DNA from: Ruditapes philippinarum | Lineage: Eukaryota | DNA length: 64,000 nucleotides | Assembly: GCF_026571515.1 (NCBI RefSeq) | Contig: NW_026858021.1 | Coordinates: 248,001 to 312,000, forward strand | Direction of reading: 5' to 3' | Shown here: positions 40,893 to 51,853 of the stretch, in pieces | Layout: each line of letters begins with the position of its first letter | How positions within the stretch are numbered: position 1 is the first letter of the stretch | Notes under the pieces: generated by a model | Databases searched by the model: none | Seen by the model: only the letters and a program-made list of their open reading frames with translations | Told to the model about the DNA's origin: nothing | Made by a program: the position numbers and the translations under genes

Positions 40893-43499
40893 GTTTACTT
40901 TATTATAAATAATAGGAAATAAGAGAAACCGATTTTTAAAAAGTCTCATATGCAAACATTGCAAACAAGTAACAGCTCCACAAATTAATAACAGTCGACA
41001 CCTTTAATCAGATAAGAATATACTATTGTAATGAAATTATATTGCAAACTAAAAGCTTTCTGACATTCTATCATAAATGGTATGTAAACATCTTCATTAT
41101 CAAAACATAACTGCTACATAAATGATGATAAAGTCCGCTTCTGTGAATATAACAATAACGGTAATAGCATGAGGGACAAAGTTGTAATATTAAGATAACT
41201 GACGGGTTGTCCTCATTGCTGGAATACCAATATCAATGTTTAAGTGTTTCTGTGATTAACACGTATTACAGACATCTTATCATCTAATACTTATCTTTTT
41301 TTTGTTTTTGATCATCATGGTAAAATAAAAAAATTAACGTTTAACAATATAATAAAAATGTATTCAAAACAGTAAAAATATAGAATTTCCATAACAATCT
41401 GAAATTCTGAATGACTTGATTTTTAATTAAATATTACAATAAAAAAGTTGCTTTTGAAAACTTTTAAATAATAAAATAAAACATTAAAACCAGGGATTGA
41501 TTTTTTTCTAAAACTATTGTTCCGACATCGATCTTTTTTCATTCACCAGTATAAAACAGCTGGATATTTCTTCTGTCTATTCATTTCTCTGAACTGTTAA
41601 TTTTCGTCTTTAATGTTGCTTCGTCGAGTCCTTGTAATTGTCTTGTATTCGAAGATATTATGATGTACATACTTTAAAGTCATTAACCTTTATATATACA
41701 TGTATACAAAATCATTTCTTTCCGCCTTTTGTAACAGTGACAAGTTAGTTATAAAGTAAAATATCGGGAAGTAAACAAAGAAAAAACTTTACATATTGCA
41801 AACAGCACTTGCAAAATGAGGTCAAAATATTAAGCAAAAGATAATTACTGCAAAATCAGTCCTCTTAGGATCTTAGTACATTTTTCTCTAGTTAACATTT
41901 TCTTGAAATATTTTGGTTCATTTGGAGGGATGCAGCTTTAATGACATAAATTCATTTAGTGTTTTACTAACTATATAAAGCGTTGAGCGTTAATAAATTT
42001 TATAATACAAGTATTTATTATTTAGATATCTCTCTAACAAAATGAAAAAGTAAGCACTTAATGACATAACGAATAACCTGTTCTTGTACTGTAAGCATTT
42101 AAATGACCAGACAATACCGGAAATCACCCAAAAGAAATTCTGGTTATAGCAAAGTGGTTCTTAAATGTAAATTATGATATAAATGTCCATCTATCTTGTC
42201 TTAGCGTCGATATCATGTACTTAACAAGCGGACAATAATTGAGACATAATGAATCCATTGTTACTTAATAATGTTTAAATTAGAAACAGAAGAATGGAAC
42301 GTGTTTATAAAAGAAACAGACTTAGGTTAAATCACTATCTAATTGATGTACTTGTCGCAATATAATGCTGACTTTCTTGGGAGCTTAAATTGTGAGCATT
42401 CTATTAAACAATTACATGTTTCATTTTTGTAAGGATTTATACAGTGAAATGGCAGATTTGTGGAATAACATCATTACATACTTTTCGAACTTTCGTTTAT
42501 AAGTTCTCAACAATTCATTATTTCAAATGCCGAAAAATGAAAATAACGAATATTTCATATTGTATACAAATTGTTTACGTAAATATAGGAATGGTTTCAT
42601 TTACTGTTAAGATTCTTACAACTACTTTAATTGACCTGAAAATCGTTGTCGTAATTAGTTTATTGTAAGAGTCCTTTGTTTTACATTACAATTCTTGTTT
42701 TAACGAACGTACGATGATAGAATTTGTCTTTGAACATGAATAATTTATATCTTTTACCCTAGAGATATTCACGATTCAGAAGCTAGAATTACTTGACTTT
42801 TTTTCTCAGGTCGTTAATCGTCATATTTTCATGATTGTTAGTAACAACAATACCTTTAAGTTATATAATTTTGATAAAACCACATATTACTTTTTTATAT
42901 TGGGGTCAGATAACGACAGTTTATTTTGATGTATCCAACAGAAACATTTGTAAAAAAATTACTGGTTGATAGACATGTCTGTCACAGCATTGTAACACAA
43001 ATGTAGCATCTATCGATATGAACTTAGTGTCCGCGGGGGTCCATTGACCCTGGATATCTTAATATTCCAAACACAGATTAACACTTTTATTTTGTCTTCG
43101 CTTAGACACATAATCAAAACCATTTTATATTTTACAATAACAGTAACCTCAGGAGTCTGAAGCTAGATTTAAGCATTTGTGCAATATTATGGAAGTTACA
43201 TGTTATAATTAATATACCGTTTAGTAAATTAAGCAAAACGAATTTGTACAAAGAATAGCTGTGTATTTAAGCAAGAGATTACTAAATCTGCTTGAATTGT
43301 TTCTTGGTAAATTCTGTTTATTTTATAAATGCAGAATTGGCATTGCACAGGAATATCTGGTTAAGTTTGCAATATTGATGTAACGTTGTTTTTATTTTCT
43401 AAACTGATTTCTAATTGCTTCGGAATAAAAACCTAGAATTATAATTTATTCTGTTACATGCTCGGAATATATATACATAGCTAAAGGCAACAGAAAGGA

Positions 43500-43690
43500 G
43501 GAAATCACTTGATATATAAACGAACAAATTCGCTAAATAGATAGGTTATCATCAACATAATATCAATAAGGTATCAACTTTTTAACAACTTATTTCAGGA
43601 ATGGGCGGGTTCCTGATGTATCTTTTACTTGACAGAATATTTCCCCCAATTTGTCAATGTCCATTCCGGGATTCACATGCATATTAAAAA
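43500..43690 (-). pseudogene. Decayed hAT-type transposase C-terminal dimerisation region (paralogs ~18110-18300, ~40540-40690)
   Basis: Minus strand MDIDKLGEIFCQVKDTSGTRPFLK*VVKKL...DNLSI*RICSFI resembles D.FW..I...KD..G...F..L..V....L.LPHSNA..ERIFS. Confidence 0.45.
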
Positions 43691-43756
43691 TGATTAAAAC
43701 AACATGGTTAAAATAAAAACAAATATTTCACTTGATAGCCATATGGAATATATTAT

Positions 43757-43887
43757 AGCAACACGAAAGGGCGGCGTTCAATGAACGCAACCCCCACAAG
43801 GTCCAGCAACCAAGCACCACCGGCAAAAAGCCAAACAGGACACCAAACAAAAAGCAGGACAGGGCACAAGGCAAAGCACGGACGGGT
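43757..43887 (-). mobile_element. Short interspersed element, subfamily A (unit 4 copy, terminal deletion)
   Basis: ggcggcgttcaatgaacgcaacccc...caggacaccaaacaaaaagcaggacagggca. Confidence 0.75.
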
Positions 43888-45534
43888 TGTTTACATTAAT
43901 AATACATAATAGGAAATAATAGAAAATGAGTTTTAAAAAAAATATCATATACCAGGTACGTATATTAATATACGTACCTGCATATACATGCAAAAAAAAT
44001 AAGGACTGAATAAATAAATAAATGAATAACATCGGCTTGCTCTAACTAGAGAATTATATAACACTGTGATTGAAATTATATTGCAAACTAAAAGCTTTCT
44101 GACATTTTATCTTAAATGGTCTGTTAACATCTTCATTATCAAAACATAACTGTTACAGAAATGATGACAAAGTCCTCTACAGTCTGTGAATATAACAATA
44201 ACGGTAATAGAATTAGCGACAAAACTGTAATATTAAGATAACTGGTGGATGGATTGTCCTCATTGCTGGAATACAAATATCAATTTGATTAACACAGACA
44301 TATACATCAACTTATACTTCTCTTTCTTTTGTTTTTGATCATCATGTTAGAGTTAGAAATTTAACGTTTAACAATATATAATATAAAATGTTTTCAAAAC
44401 AGTAAGAATATAGTATTTCCATAACAATCTGAAATTCTGAATGATTCGATTTTAAATTGAATATTACAATGAAAAAGTTGCTTTTATCAAATTTATATAA
44501 GAAAATAAAAATAAAAAACAGAGATGAAAGCTAATTTTTTAAAATTATTTTTCCGACATCGATTGTTTTCTAAACTGAATTAAGATTTTAAATTTACCAC
44601 TAAAAATCAACCGTATTTCCTCTTTCCATACTTTTCTCTGAACTGTTAATTTTCGTCTTTTATGTTGCCTCGTCGAGTTCTATATTCGAAGATATTGTGT
44701 ACATCTGTTGAAGTGATAAACCTTTACATGTACATGTATACAAGGCCATTTCTTTTCGCCTTCTGTAACAATAACAAGTGTGTTAAAAAGTAAAATAGCG
44801 GCAAGTGAACAAAAATAAAATTTACATATTGCGAACAGCACTTGCAATCCAAAAAGAGGTCAAAATAAGCAAAAATGGCCCTAACTATGATAATTACTAC
44901 AAAATCAATCCTCTTAGGATATTAAAATATTTTTCTCATGTTAACATTTTCTTAAAATTGTTTGGCTCATCTGGAGGCATGCAGCTTTAATAACATAAAA
45001 AAATCGTTTAGTGTTTTACTAACTAAGTAAGTAACTAAGTAAGTGTTGAGCATTAATAAATTTTATAACACAAGTACTTATTATTAAGAACTCTCTCTAA
45101 ATGACAAAGTAAGTACTTAATGACATAAAAATAATCTTTTCTTGTATTGTAAGCATTTAAATGACCAGACAATACCGGAAATCACCCAAAAGTAATGTAA
45201 GAAATTCTGGTTATAGCAAAGTGGTTCTTAAATGTAAATTATGTTATAAATGTCCATCTATCTTATTTAGTCTTTTTATCATGTACTTAACTAGGGGGAC
45301 AATAATAGAGATATCATGACTTGTCTTATAATGTCGTTTTAATGTCAGATATTTCTTCAAATAGAGAAAATAAGAATTCCTGAAGAAAGGTCAAAACAAC
45401 AAAAATGAAAATGTTGCAGGCTCGGTTTAAGCCGTGAGATGACAATAATGCTAAGATGATTGTTTAAATGACATTATCGGGCCTTTAGTTCTTAGCATTT
45501 CACTAACAACATGTCCCTCTTTTCCTTTCGCCGC

Positions 45535-45616
45535 AAATTTGTCCTCTCCCGTTTTTGGTTTGGTGCCCCCTGGGTGCCCTGCTTGTGTGTGTCGGGAGTT
45601 TTGTGAACGTCGCCTC
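45535..45616 (+). mobile_element. Decayed subfamily B copy
   Basis: gtttggtgccccctgggtgccctgcttgtgtgtgtcggg...gtgaacgtcgcc aligns with 4019-4082. Confidence 0.6.
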
Positions 45617-45652
45617 ATTAGCAGTTTAAGATTAATATCCTATCCGTATCGT

Positions 45653-45720
45653 TTTTGTTTGTTTGTTTGGTTTAACGGCGCACCAACACAAAGTCATATG
45701 GCGCCAAAACAGGAAAGATG
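45653..45720 (-). mobile_element. 3' tail fragment of a SINE (same family as 61775-61980)
   Basis: (TTTG)n followed by gtttaacggcgcaccaacacaa.gtcat.ggcgcc, shared with 61775-61830. Confidence 0.55.
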
Positions 45721-46265
45721 AGTATTCAAAGAAAAAACAAAGAACATCAACAACACAAACTAGTCCTCAATTGTAAAGGGTTTACTGATAAATCAGTTTA
45801 AAAGTAAATGAAGACAGACATGCAATATAACATGTGCAAAAATGTGCACACGTTGATACACGGAACAAAACAATATATCACTAACAATTTATTACTGTTT
45901 TGCACACATCTGCTTGTTTTCTGCCAATTATATTCATGTTATTCAACAAATCTGAATTATGGTAATAATCTTTCCGTGATATTAGCACATTGTCTGGGCG
46001 AGGTTCTGCTTAACTAATTTGTCTGAATGCAGAATATTAAAGGCTGTAAAATGTACATTCATCATTCAGTCTATAATGCATAAGAAAATATAATTTACAT
46101 AGCAAATCATATACTCCTTCTTTCTAAGCAATTTTTCAATACAAGAATCAAAACAGTGAAGTTTGCGCTAATGATTTATTATTTCTATATACAAAATAAT
46201 TACACGTTTACTAAATGTATGTTATTTCTCCTGTACTGCTAGACTCCTCACCGATGGTCCTATTG

Positions 46266-46318
46266 ATGGGGGATGCCTTCATTTAATGCTGCCGTTCCTT
46301 GATCTTGTTTTTCATATC
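46266..46318 (+). mobile_element. Terminal fragment of subfamily A element
   Basis: Ends in ccttgatcttgtttttcatat like the 61113 copy, with a degenerate hairpin upstream. Confidence 0.55.
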
Positions 46319-46585
46319 TGTTTAAAATTTCAATAACATTTTCCGTCACACTTAAGATTTGTGCAGCTTTTAGACATACATGTTTTTTGAAATGAAGACA
46401 ACAGCAACTTACAATTGCTACAATTGCACAGTAAAAGCGCCCAAGGCTATCATTTCGTAACAAATGAGGTTTCGTAGACACAGAGCAAAACAAATCATAA
46501 CATCGTTTAAGATATATTGTTATATTAATGAAAATCAGTATATTCAATTGACTTACACGCACTATTTTGTTTTATTTTCCATGAC

Positions 46586-46800
46586 NNNNNNNNNNNNNNN
46601 NNNNNNNNNNNNNNNNNNNNNNNNNNNNNNNNNNNNNNNNNNNNNNNNNNNNNNNNNNNNNNNNNNNNNNNNNNNNNNNNNNNNNNNNNNNNNNNNNNNN
46701 NNNNNNNNNNNNNNNNNNNNNNNNNNNNNNNNNNNNNNNNNNNNNNNNNNNNNNNNNNNNNNNNNNNNNNNNNNNNNNNNNNNNNNNNNNNNNNNNNNNN
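46586..46800. other. Assembly gap (215 N)
   Basis: Run of N. Confidence 1.
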
Positions 46801-47104
46801 TTTTTACACAATGGTCAATGTTGTTGCCCTCCATTATTTGAACAAACTTAATGATGACGTTTACATAATTTATTGGTGTTTGCAAATAAAATACGCTGGC
46901 ATAACAACATCAATATTCTATAAGATACTAATCACGAAAGGTCGATTTGATTTCCCCAAAATTGTATGTTACATTTAGGAACTGATTCATAATAAACATT
47001 ATACAATGTAGATTGTACTGGTATCCTCACGTTACTACATTATTTAGACAGTTAATCAGACAGTAGAACAACGGCGAAAAATGTTGCAGGCTCGGTTTGA
47101 TTTA

Positions 47105-47158
47105 AATATGATAAACAAGATCAACAAGGAAAGGCGGCGTTCAATGAACGCAACCCCA
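47105..47158 (-). mobile_element. Terminal fragment of subfamily A element inserted into a Helitron-like hairpin
   Basis: aatatgataaacaagatcaacaaggaaaggcggcgttcaatgaacgcaacccca lies between caggctcggtttgatt and agcctgttc. Confidence 0.7.
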
Positions 47159-49070
47159 AGCCTGTTCATTGCCGATACTGGAAAGTGCTAGGTACTGTCC
47201 ACACCCGTAGCACCAAGATGCGTTAAGCTAACCTCATGTGTTACAAACAAGACTCAACAAATCAGATAGCCTCGTATTTCAATGTTATTTTTATTACTTC
47301 TGATAGAACGAAATAGTTAAATGAATATATTGTTCAACAATTAATTAACATTCGCACTTTATTTATTATTATAATTACTCTTTATTCTCAGATACATAGC
47401 GAATCTTTATTTATATTTTCTACAATTCCAGATACCTCGTGAAACAACATGTCAAGGAAGTGTCAGTATCTAGACTAGAACAAATTATATCTAAGTGAAT
47501 AACAACAGAATCTACTGTGATATATTGGCTGGTCTGGCATAAAGTACGTCAAAAACTATTAGGCATTGAACGTGGAACTATTGTGTACTATCACAATAAA
47601 TCTATTTAAGAGAGTTTCGGATTTCAGAAGTACATAATAGACATAATGTTCTCTTAGAACAACGGCGATGAAGATCACGTTATAATCAATGTAAGAGTAC
47701 AATCAAATTCAAATGATAAGACAAAGGTAAGATTAATAAGGGAGGGCAACGTTCACGTAACCCAACGCGGTAAAAAAGAAAATTAAGATTACATTGCGCA
47801 CATTTTTTGTGTAGAACTGTACACACAGAATAAAAATAAATTACGTATTAAGCTAATATAAATTCAAGAAGTCAACTAGACTGAAATAAAAAAATATAAT
47901 TAATACAATAATTAATATACAGAAAAATTGCTTTTTATTTGGTCAAAATCAATTCGTTTTCATCCTGATATTCTGTAAAATTTAAAGCATTTTTCGTTTA
48001 ATATATGTGCTCAAATCTAAATGTCAAAGAACGCTCAAAGAAGACTGAAAATGTTAACATGATAAGTACAAATAAAACCTGTTAAAGTGTATAAAGCTAT
48101 ACATCTGATGCAAATATTATTGTTTGGATTGTACAAAGGAAATCTTCCAAAATGTTTGCATGAAATATAAGTGGTAGTAAATTGCCTTAAAGTGAGTGGC
48201 GCAGGCACAAAGTTATTGCTTAACGGATAAAACTCTACTTAAAATAGCAAAATGATATTTTGTTCGGGAACATTTTATTCTGTTTACGTACATTATTCAT
48301 TTGTGTTAAATAACAGAGACATTCTAAGTCTTACTTTTTCAGGAAATAAATCATATAATAATGGAACCAATATAATTTTACTGTTGATAAATCTAATAAA
48401 GTATTTCAAAAGATATAGATTTATACCCTTTAAATAATAACATTTGTGCGTTAAGTTCCTACCTAGAAAATCCCTCGGTAGACGATATTTACATTTTTGT
48501 TCGTTATATAAAATGATATATAACGGATGACATATAGAAATTCGAATATCTTATAATGACATATAGGCTAAAGTGAGAGACAAAGTGAAGTTAAAGTTGA
48601 ATATATTGTCATGGAACAAGACCATCTAACGTATAAGGATTCATACTGACGCTTTTTAAAGGGTTTCATATAATTAAAGTTTAGTAAATTGACAGTACTA
48701 CGTCGCCTAGCACGCGTGTTTCCTTGCCCTTTCGTTCTACCTTATTATACCCTTCAAAATGACTATAAACTTAAACTCATAATTGGTATGACTCAAATTT
48801 TTATGCCAATCTAAATTCTGCTCGAGTTGAAATTTTACAAAATTATTATATTATTAAAAGACTTTTAAGCTCTATAATATAATGCTGAATAACACTCAAA
48901 GCATTGTAATAAGGATGTAGCTGTGGTTTATAGTATAATACAATTTGTAGGGGGAGCAAGTATTTTATCATATTGTTTTTTTTAATGATATCCTAAGAGA
49001 AGCATTAGTATACATGCAATTTCATCTATACAATGTCTGTATAAAACAACAACAACAGAAACATACCAGA

Positions 49071-49218
49071 NNNNNNNNNNNNNNNNNNNNNNNNNNNNNN
49101 NNNNNNNNNNNNNNNNNNNNNNNNNNNNNNNNNNNNNNNNNNNNNNNNNNNNNNNNNNNNNNNNNNNNNNNNNNNNNNNNNNNNNNNNNNNNNNNNNNNN
49201 NNNNNNNNNNNNNNNNNN
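49071..49218. other. Assembly gap (148 N)
   Basis: Run of N. Confidence 1.
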
Positions 49219-50855
49219 TATATCAAAAACAATTACAAAAGAACAGAAAGATATTTGCAAAAATAAGAACATGATAAAACTTTCAACTGTTTTAAATCTT
49301 GGTGATTATTGTAACTGGCAACCTATACTAAACAATACAGGAATTAAAATCTTTGCCGCACAATATTGTAATATTTTCAGACGTTTTACGATCAATATAA
49401 CACTACAGACTTGTTATCCTGATGCTTCACTTCGCAAATCAATTTCAGTGTGATCATTAGAACTTATATGATACGAAATTTATAAAGGAAATTAGATAAG
49501 CTCACTGAGACAGAAATCATGTAAAATTTTAGATATGATTAAAAAAGAAATTACACTACACTTAATTTGAAAAATTGAAAATATTAATAAAAAGAGCAGC
49601 CCAATCAAGCAAGATCATGGTCAGACGGACATGCTTCACTCCCGTAATCTAGAATTTTACCGAGCCTGGGTGTTTTCTTAAAGATTCCGTTTCCTATATA
49701 ATTGTGTAGATGCTAGGTATCCCTTTTCTACAAAATTCACCATGGTCTGATTCCTGTATATACACACCCCTTTCTCGGAAAATAAATTGAAAATAAGACT
49801 CAACATGAAACTTAAAGCCAACGACATAAATAAACAACAAAAGTTCTTTCAGGAAAAGGGCACATAAGTGTGGTCGATAGAAGTCGTAAACTTAAGTCTT
49901 AACTACAGAACTGATATCTGACATAAATCCTAATTATACACTTCGCATGTCAGTAAATTGCATATGTAACCATATCAAATGAAAGAGATTAATTGCCGCA
50001 CGTCAGATGAAAGTGGTATTTATTGGGAGAGACGCGCAAATAATCAACTTTATAAGAAGGATTTCCATTCACTGCAGATTAAGTTATAATCACAATTTGA
50101 TGTGTCTAACTGTATGTAAGAAGTTTAATGTATACCACTGTTTTGTCTGTAATTAAACCTCACCACATAATTTGGTTATACTTGAATCATTTTGTTGCAT
50201 TGGTCAATCGGTCGGTTTGTCCGTAGCCAACATCAGCTATAAAAATCTCAAACCCCTTGAAGGCATTTCTTCAAGCCCACTTCACATTTTTGCACAAACA
50301 ATGTTGCGTGATGATACCTATGCCTAAAGGTGAAGGTCATTCGTAAAAGTCAAAAGCCATACAATGTTGTCTCTGCTCTAAAAATCATATACTACTTGAA
50401 AGATTTTCTTCAACTGTACCCAAATATTTACCTTAATAGACTGTTGTGCAGACCAAAGGTCTAGGTCACCCTTGTAGGTCACATGTTTCACAATTTCGTG
50501 TCCGCTTAATAAATCCAATAATCAGTTAAGATTTTCTTTACACTTGGTTCCAATGTTCACTCCAACAAGACGATGTGCAGAAATGTTGTTTTCATTTTGC
50601 AGACATAAAAAGTCAGGTTCTTAAAGGTCAAACTCGGAACATTTTAAAATCTTTAAACAATGTAAAATGCACTACATATTATCCTGTGTCAAAGAGATCA
50701 GTTGGGTTATTCGTAACTTCCGTGGCAACTCTAGTTATAGTTCCTACACGTAAAAATAACAAATTAACCATAAAATCCCCTTTCTTATGTAATATTGTGG
50801 GTCTGGCGCTTTATGTCGTTTATATGATTCCATGTTCTTGATTTTTTATTAAATT

Positions 50856-51640
50856 TTCAAAAGTGTTTTACTAAATTTTACAATCGTAACTTTGATTTAA
50901 TTTCTAAATTCAATAGTGATTTAAAAACTCTTCTGCGACAAGGGATTAGCCAGCCTGGTTTTACTAAAATCATTAAACGTTTTATTAAAAGAGGTTATGA
51001 CCCTACTATTTTAAGACATACTGCATGTTTAGTGTTCAACCCTTTTACAGTTGGACACTACGCTTTCCTCTTTTGATTGCATCTGACGGACCAAGTGGGA
51101 GACTCTATGATGGATAGTTCGTAAAGCCCTTTGGGATTGAATTGTCTTAATGTTCGTCTTCTGCCTTGCTTCGTCGGGCCCTTGTAGGTGATTTTCTTGT
51201 TGCTCTGTCTTCCTTTAGGACATTGAGTACTTTTGTTATGGTCATTGGGTTTACTTTTATATGTTTCTACATGATCATTTTAGTGTTTTACTTATTTAAC
51301 CTTTTGTAACCATGACAACTGTTAGAATTTCACTTGGCGGGGATTCATTTTATTTACACTGTCTCGTTTATAGGAACATGGTGGGGCTAAGAGCGAGGTT
51401 TGGTGCACCATTAACCGGTTTAAAACTCCCCAGCAGTCATTATTATGCTGCTGACCGTTCCAAGGCGGCGCCCCACTGTGTTCCTCAGATGTATGTCTAT
51501 GTTGTTTCATACTGTTTTGGTGACACTTTTGCTTGTGTCCCTTGTTGTTTTCTCGTCTACGGTAAGTGTCTTCCCCATTGCCTCTAGTTTTTATTTCTTT
51601 GATTGCCCCCCCCCCCCTTCCCCCGGTCTCCTTCCCCTTT
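50856..51640 (+). mobile_element. 5'-truncated Penelope-like retroelement: RT thumb/C-terminus plus T-rich 3' UTR
   Basis: The stop-free frame 50861-51076 reads KCFTKFYNRNFDLISKFNSDLKTLLRQGISQPGFTKIIKRFIKRGYDPTILRHTACLVFNPFTVGHYAFLF*. It resembles, from recall, the F.KFY.R..DL.SKF..L..LL.QG.S.P.F ... GY...IMR.TACLV.NP.TV C-terminus of invertebrate Penelope-like ORFs. No start codon. Confidence 0.65.
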
Positions 51641-51853
51641 GTGGGCCTATTATCGAGGAGTTAGAGTCGATGACTTCTAATCCAGTTACATCTCTGGCGT
51701 GGGTTCGATCCCCGGGAGATGCTTTGGTAGTTTAGCGCGGAGGAAGGTAGTCTAGTACTGGTGTAACTCTCCAGGAACGATGGTTAGGAAACTACCCGCC
51801 TATATGACTGAAATACTGTTAGGAAAAGGCGTAAAATGAAACATACAAACAAA
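51641..51853 (+). mobile_element. tRNA-derived SINE-like module ending in (CAAA)n
   Basis: B-box gggttcgatcccc at ~51701. The 3' end reads tatatgactgaaatactgtt...ggcgtaaaa...caaacaaac. Confidence 0.65.

Larger units (their letters stand above)
7200..45320 (+). repeat. Tandem array of rearranged segmental duplicates: unit 1 ~7200-18510, unit 2 ~18510-27400, unit 3 ~27930-42250, partial unit 4 ~42250-45320
   Basis: Colinear homologies: 7270-8285~27945-28925; 10540-12850~18510-20480~29820-31870; 14090-15490~23230-24650~34155-35620; 16330-17440~24800-25980~37610-38810; 42260-42930 matches the later part of that block; 17440-18510~39770-40880; 43165-45320~40210-42250. Confidence 0.92.

Noticed and set aside
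46464-49274. ORFs containing X runs
   Set aside because: Artefacts of translating through N gaps.
51074-51124. In-frame TGA followed by 15 codons as possible selenocysteine readthrough
   Set aside because: It follows a T run and is more simply a slippage or decay mutation in a dead fragment. I could not identify a SECIS core downstream.
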